A stretch of DNA of 23,942 nt from Octopus sinensis. Taxonomy: Eukaryota. The position numbers and the translations under genes are program-made. The stretch is from assembly GCF_006345805.1 (NCBI RefSeq), contig NW_021836478.1, positions 1 to 23,942 of the forward strand, read 5' to 3'. Position 1 is the first letter of the stretch. Each line of letters opens with the position of its first letter. Under the pieces are notes generated by a model. The model was not told the origin of the DNA. It ran no database searches and saw only the letters and a program-made list of their open reading frames with translations. Positions 19,560 to 23,942 of this stretch are shown here, in pieces.

Positions 19560-21790
19560 CAATTACAGTATCAGCTTTCATAACAACACAACTATTACCG
19601 CCTCCACCACCACTACCACCACCTCAATCGCCTCCACCGCCGCCATCGTCAGTTTATTCTTCAAACGCCATCACCGCCACCATCGTCAGTACGTTTATCG
19701 CTACCACCGTCGCCACCATCATCGCTAGCACGCTTGCCTTCACCTGTACACTGAGATCACTACTACTACCACTACTCTCCGTTACTGTGTTGCGTCTGCG
19801 CCTTTCACACAACTACTACCACCGCCACCACCACACACGAGCAGCACTTCTGTAGCTATTAAAACGTGAGTCTGCACCTTCCGCATTAAAGCAAACTCTC
19901 ACCGCTACCTCAACCACTCAGCATTCCTACCACTACCGCCACTTTCATCAAACAAGGTTACAACTACTACTACTACTACTATTTCTACTATTACTATGAT
20001 TTTCATCGTTGCTACTATAACTACTACTAACGCCGCCGCCGTTGCTATTAAAGCGTGCGGCCGCTCCTTCGCTACAGTGACCTACTCCTACTACTACTAC
20101 TACTACTGTTGCTGCAACCGCCGTCACCGCCGCCACCACCACTATTCGTGTAAGTGTGTCACTATGGTTATGAGGGTGGAGATGGGGGAAGCGACCGCTC
20201 CTGCCCTGCATGGATCTACTCCTACTGCCACTACCACAATTGCTGCAACCACCACTACCACCTTCACTATTATTGCTGTATCTGTCTTTCTCTCTCTCTA
20301 TATGAAATCGGTGGCGGTGATGGGGAGTTGACCACTCCTGCAGTACATAAATCTACTCCTACTACCACCACCACCACTACAGGTACTGCAACCGCTACTG
20401 CGACCAATACTATGGTTGTAACTCTCTCTCTCTCTCTATCTCTCCTTCCCTGTATCTATTTTTATTACTCTCTCGCTCTGTCTTTCTTTCTCTATCTCTC
20501 TATTTCTCTCTCTATTTAGCTTTCTCTTTCTCTATTATCTAGCTCTATCTATCTATCTAGTTCTCTCTATCTAGCTCTCTCTCTCTTTCTCTCTATCTAT
20601 GAATATTAAGGTGGGGACGAAGAAGAAGTGACCACACCTCTCGTACATAGACCTACTCCCACTGCTACTACCCTTATCACGGTATCGTGTATATGGCGGT
20701 GGAGGAAAGGTTACTGCACCTTCGCTACAGTGACCTACTCCTACTACTACTACTACTCTATTACTGCAGTCATCATCACCATCATCATCATCACAGCTAC
20801 CACCAATGTAACTATTTCTCGATACTGCACCTTCGCTACAGAAACCTCCTCCCACTGCCACCACTATTACTGCAGCCACTACGACGACTGTATCTATTTC
20901 TATGAAAGTGTGTCTGTGTGTTTGGATTAGTGTGTGCGTGTGTGTGTGCACGCGCGTGCGTATTTGTGTGTGTGTCTATGTGAGTATGTATCTACGTAGC
21001 AGTGACGGTAGCAAAGCTGGTAGGAGTTGGCCTCAGAACGGGGGGTTAAGAAACTCGCTTCGCAATCACACGATCCCAGGTTCGATCCCGTTGGCAAAGC
21101 ATTTTGAATGTATGTTTTTTGGGGTTTTTTTTTGTATTTTCTGGTTGATTAAAGCTTTCTGGATGAAACTGGCTAGACAAAGATCATGCGGTAAACCCGT
21201 GGGTGAATATTGTACCCGTAATTCAAAGATCCGTTCTCGTCTCACGCTGATTCCATCAGAACTACATCACGAGGGTAGTTAATACCTGTATTTCAAAGGG
21301 CTGACCTTGACACACATTTTATCATGCAGATTCTACCGGAGAATAACGTTAAGGGTTCACGTGTATAAGGTATACCTTGTCCTTTACTCGCTAATTTGAT
21401 GAGCAGGTAGATAAGTAGATCGAACAGCTGAACGCTCGACGTCGATCACCGACGAAGACCCATTTACTTTGTATGTTTGTATGTGTCTGCTACCATTATT
21501 ACTGCTTCTACTCCTACCGCAACCACTATTACTGCAGCCACCACTACTTCGCTGCAGACTCCTACTGCCACCACTACTCCTTAGTAAGTCTGCAACCACC
21601 ACCACCACCACCATCACCACAATCATCACCCCCGCCACCACCTGTAAAACTGTGTGCGTGACCGCCCCTTCGCTTAAGGAACCTACTGCCACCGCTATCC
21701 CTGTTACTGCAACCACCACCACTAAAACCATCACTGTGACCGCATCTTCGCTAATGAGATCTACTGCCTCTGCTACTGTAACTATGTATG
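19560..21790. repeat. Degenerate (ACT/ACC/ACG)n trinucleotide field with recurring CACCTTCGCT motif and a (TC)n tract
   Basis: Strand-biased C/A-rich low complexity; (TC)n at ~20420-20600; interrupted by a degenerate SINE. Confidence 0.8.
21020..21455 (+). mobile_element. Highly diverged SINE family B-related copy
   Basis: B-box GGTTCGATCCC at ~21079. The segment ACCTGTATTTCAAAGGGCTGACCTTG...AACGTTAAGGGTTCACGTGT matches the family B body. Confidence 0.6.
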
Positions 21791-21798
21791 AACGAGTG

Positions 21799-22550
21799 CA
21801 CCTTCGTTTAAAATAACATACTGATACCACTACCCATATCAATGCCCTCACCACCGCTAATACCAGCATGTAACCATTACTGTGTCGGCACCTTCGCTTA
21901 AGAAAACTACTGCTACCACTACCCATATCAATGCCCTCACCACCGCTAATACCAGCATGTAACCATTACTGTGTCAGCACCTTCGTTTAAAATAACATAC
22001 TGATACCACTACCCATATCAATGCCCTCACCACCGCTAATACCAGCATGTAACCATTACTGTGTCAGCACCTTCGCTTAAGAAAACTACTGCTACTACTA
22101 CCCATATCAATGCCTCACCACCGCTAATACCAGCATGTAACCATTACTGTGTCGGCACCTTCGCTTAAGAAAACTACTGCTACCACTACCCATATCAATG
22201 CCCTCACCACCGCTAATACCAGCATGTAACCATTACTGTGTCAGCACCTTCGCTTAAGAAAACTACTGCTACCACTACCCATATCAATGCCCTCACCACC
22301 ACTAATACCAGCATGTAACCATTACTGTGTCGGCACCTTCCCTTAAGAAAACTACTGCTACCACTACCCATATCAATGCCCTCACCACCGCTAATACCAG
22401 CATGTAACCGTCACTGTGTCAGCACCTTCGCTTAAGGAAACTACTGCTACCACTACCCATATCAATGCCCTCACCACCGCCAATATCAGCATGTAACCAT
22501 TACTGTGTCAGCACCTTCCCTTAAGAAAACTACTGCTACTACCACCAACA
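21799..22550. repeat. 89-bp minisatellite, 8 full units plus a partial unit
   Basis: Units start at 21799, 21889, 21978, 22068, 22156, 22245, 22334, 22423 and 22512 (88-90 bp). Consensus CACCTTCGCTTAAGAAAACTACTGCTACCACTACCCATATCAATGCCCTCACCACCGCTAATACCAGCATGTAACCATTACTGTGTCRG. Confidence 0.95.
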
Positions 22551-22830
22551 CAGTAACAAGCTCTGAGTATGTGTGTGTGTATGTGTGTGTGCGTGTGTGT
22601 GTGTGGTTCTTCATGTAAATCCGCATCTTCCGTTATAGAGAATTTCTGCCACCTCTACTGCCCCTACTAATATTGTTACTACCACCGCTACTGTAACTAG
22701 AGCTACCATTACGACGACTACTACTACTGTTACTAGTAGTGCTGATACTATGAATGCTGCTGTCGTCACAATTATTAGTGTTAGCACGAAGTCGGCCTTA
22801 CAGTGGTCACTAACGGTGCTATACCAATCT

Positions 22831-23057
22831 CGAGCTGGCAGAACCGTTAGCACGCCGGGCGAAATGCGTAGCCGTATTTCTTCTGCCCTTTACGTTCTGA
22901 GTTCAAATTCCGCCGAGGTCGACTTTGCCTTTCATCCTTTCGGGGTCGATAAATGAAGTACCAGTTACGCACTGGGGTCGATGTAATCGACTTAATACCT
23001 TTGTCTGTCCTTCTTTGTCCCCTCTATGTTTAGCCCCTTGTGGGCAATAAAGACATA
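22831..23057 (+). mobile_element. SINE family C monomer with 11-bp TSD
   Basis: CGAGCTGGCAGAACCGTTAGCACGCCGGG head; flanked by TATACCAATCT at 22820-22830 and 23058-23068. Confidence 0.9.
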
Positions 23058-23071
23058 TATACCAATCTGTA

Positions 23072-23219
23072 CGAGGGGGGCGCTGGAAAATTCCTGGCTT
23101 TAAGGATTTGGCGAAAGGCCTGGTTGGAGGCTTAACTTTCCGAGTTCTTTTACAGGGCTTAGAAAAACTGAAGGGCCGCTGCAATAAGTGTGTGAATCTG
23201 AGAGGGGTGGGGGGAATAT
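23072..23219 (+). mobile_element. Non-autonomous mariner-derived element, truncated by a SINE
   Basis: TA|CGAGGGGGGCGCTGGAAAATTCCTGG terminus; encodes LQGLEKLKGRCNKCVNLRG; reverse complement of 1-157. Confidence 0.75.
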
Positions 23220-23220
23220 A

Positions 23221-23444
23221 CTCTTTTACTCTCTTTTACTTGTTTCAGCCATTTGACTGCGGCCATGCTGGAGCACTGCCTTTTTTAATCGAGCAACTCG
23301 ACCGCGGGACTTATTCTTTTGTAAGCCCAGTACTTATTCTTCGGTTCTCTTTTGCCGAACCGCTAAGTAACGGGGACATAAACACACCAGCAATCGGTTG
23401 TCAAGTAATGCTAGGGGGACAAACACAGACACACAACACACACA

Positions 23445-23525
<81 letters not shown>

Positions 23526-23785
23526 TACTTCTATTTCCGTATACAAATACTCATTTGTATATATAGCATATATACTTATATAATAATATACGGGAATCTT
23601 TCAGTAAAACCAAGATGCCACGCAGTGGGACTAAACCAGAACCATGTGGTTGGTAAACAAGTTACTTACCACACAGCCACTCCTGCGCCTATATATATAT
23701 ACATATATATGACAGGCTTCTTTCAGTTTCCGTCTACCAAATCCACTCACAAGGCTTTGGTCGGCCCGAGGCTATAGTAGAAGAC
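23221..23785 (-). mobile_element. SINE family A, rearranged (blocks out of order) or two partial copies
   Basis: Tail block 23221-~23460, head block ~23611-23689, middle block 23711-23785. Confidence 0.8.
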
Positions 23786-23942
23786 GGATCTTTTCAGTTT
23801 GAAGGCCAGATTTTCTTAGTTAACTAAACAATTTGAAACTTCGTATACTGGTAGAATGTGTCAAAAGAAAACATAATTGTAACCAAAATGAAAACGGAAT
23901 TGTAATTTCTAAGTTTAACGTTGTTTAATAATTCGAATTTTA
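23786..23942 (+). mobile_element. Terminus of the same DNA element family as 14259-14742, cut by window edge
   Basis: GGATCTTTTCAGTTTGAAGG...TAACTAAACAATTTGAAACTTCGTATACTGGTAGAATGTG. Confidence 0.55.

Noticed and set aside
18270-19728. Long HTYI/MYVC-repeat ORFs (up to 313 aa)
   Set aside because: They are translations of (TACA)n/(CA)n microsatellites, which lack stop codons in most frames.
19948-22550. Thr/Pro-rich mucin-like coding exon
   Set aside because: The frame shifts frequently, the minisatellite unit is 88-90 bp (mostly not a multiple of 3) with an in-frame ATG-TAA, and there are no convincing splice sites.
21799-22550. CRISPR array
   Set aside because: Eukaryotic context, the units are repeated in full with no unique spacers, and there are no cas genes. 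The same applies to the SINE C array.

Overview
Eukaryotic, AT-rich, repeat-saturated non-genic DNA, most likely from an octopus/cephalopod genome. That is inferred from the tRNA-headed SINE families resembling octopus SINEs and the long TA/CA/TACA microsatellite fields; it is not database-confirmed. I find no intact protein-coding gene. The window is a stack of mobile-element fossils: about 14 copies or fragments of one ~420-bp SINE (family A), two other SINE families (B, C), a CR1-type LINE 3' end, mariner remnants, a head-to-tail Helitron dimer, fold-back elements, an 89-bp minisatellite and a ~430-bp near-perfect inverted duplication. The most notable structure is at 2561-3912, a decayed DD34D mariner transposase. 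It is split at the H|D of its second catalytic Asp by a 390-bp chimeric insert: the first coding exon of ribosomal protein P2 (RPLP2, 172 nt, ending at a GT donor), ~39 nt of intron-like sequence, and an RTE-type retroposon 3' tail. This suggests retroposon-mediated mobilisation of an unspliced host exon. SINE family labels A/B/C are my own, and all alignments were done by eye.
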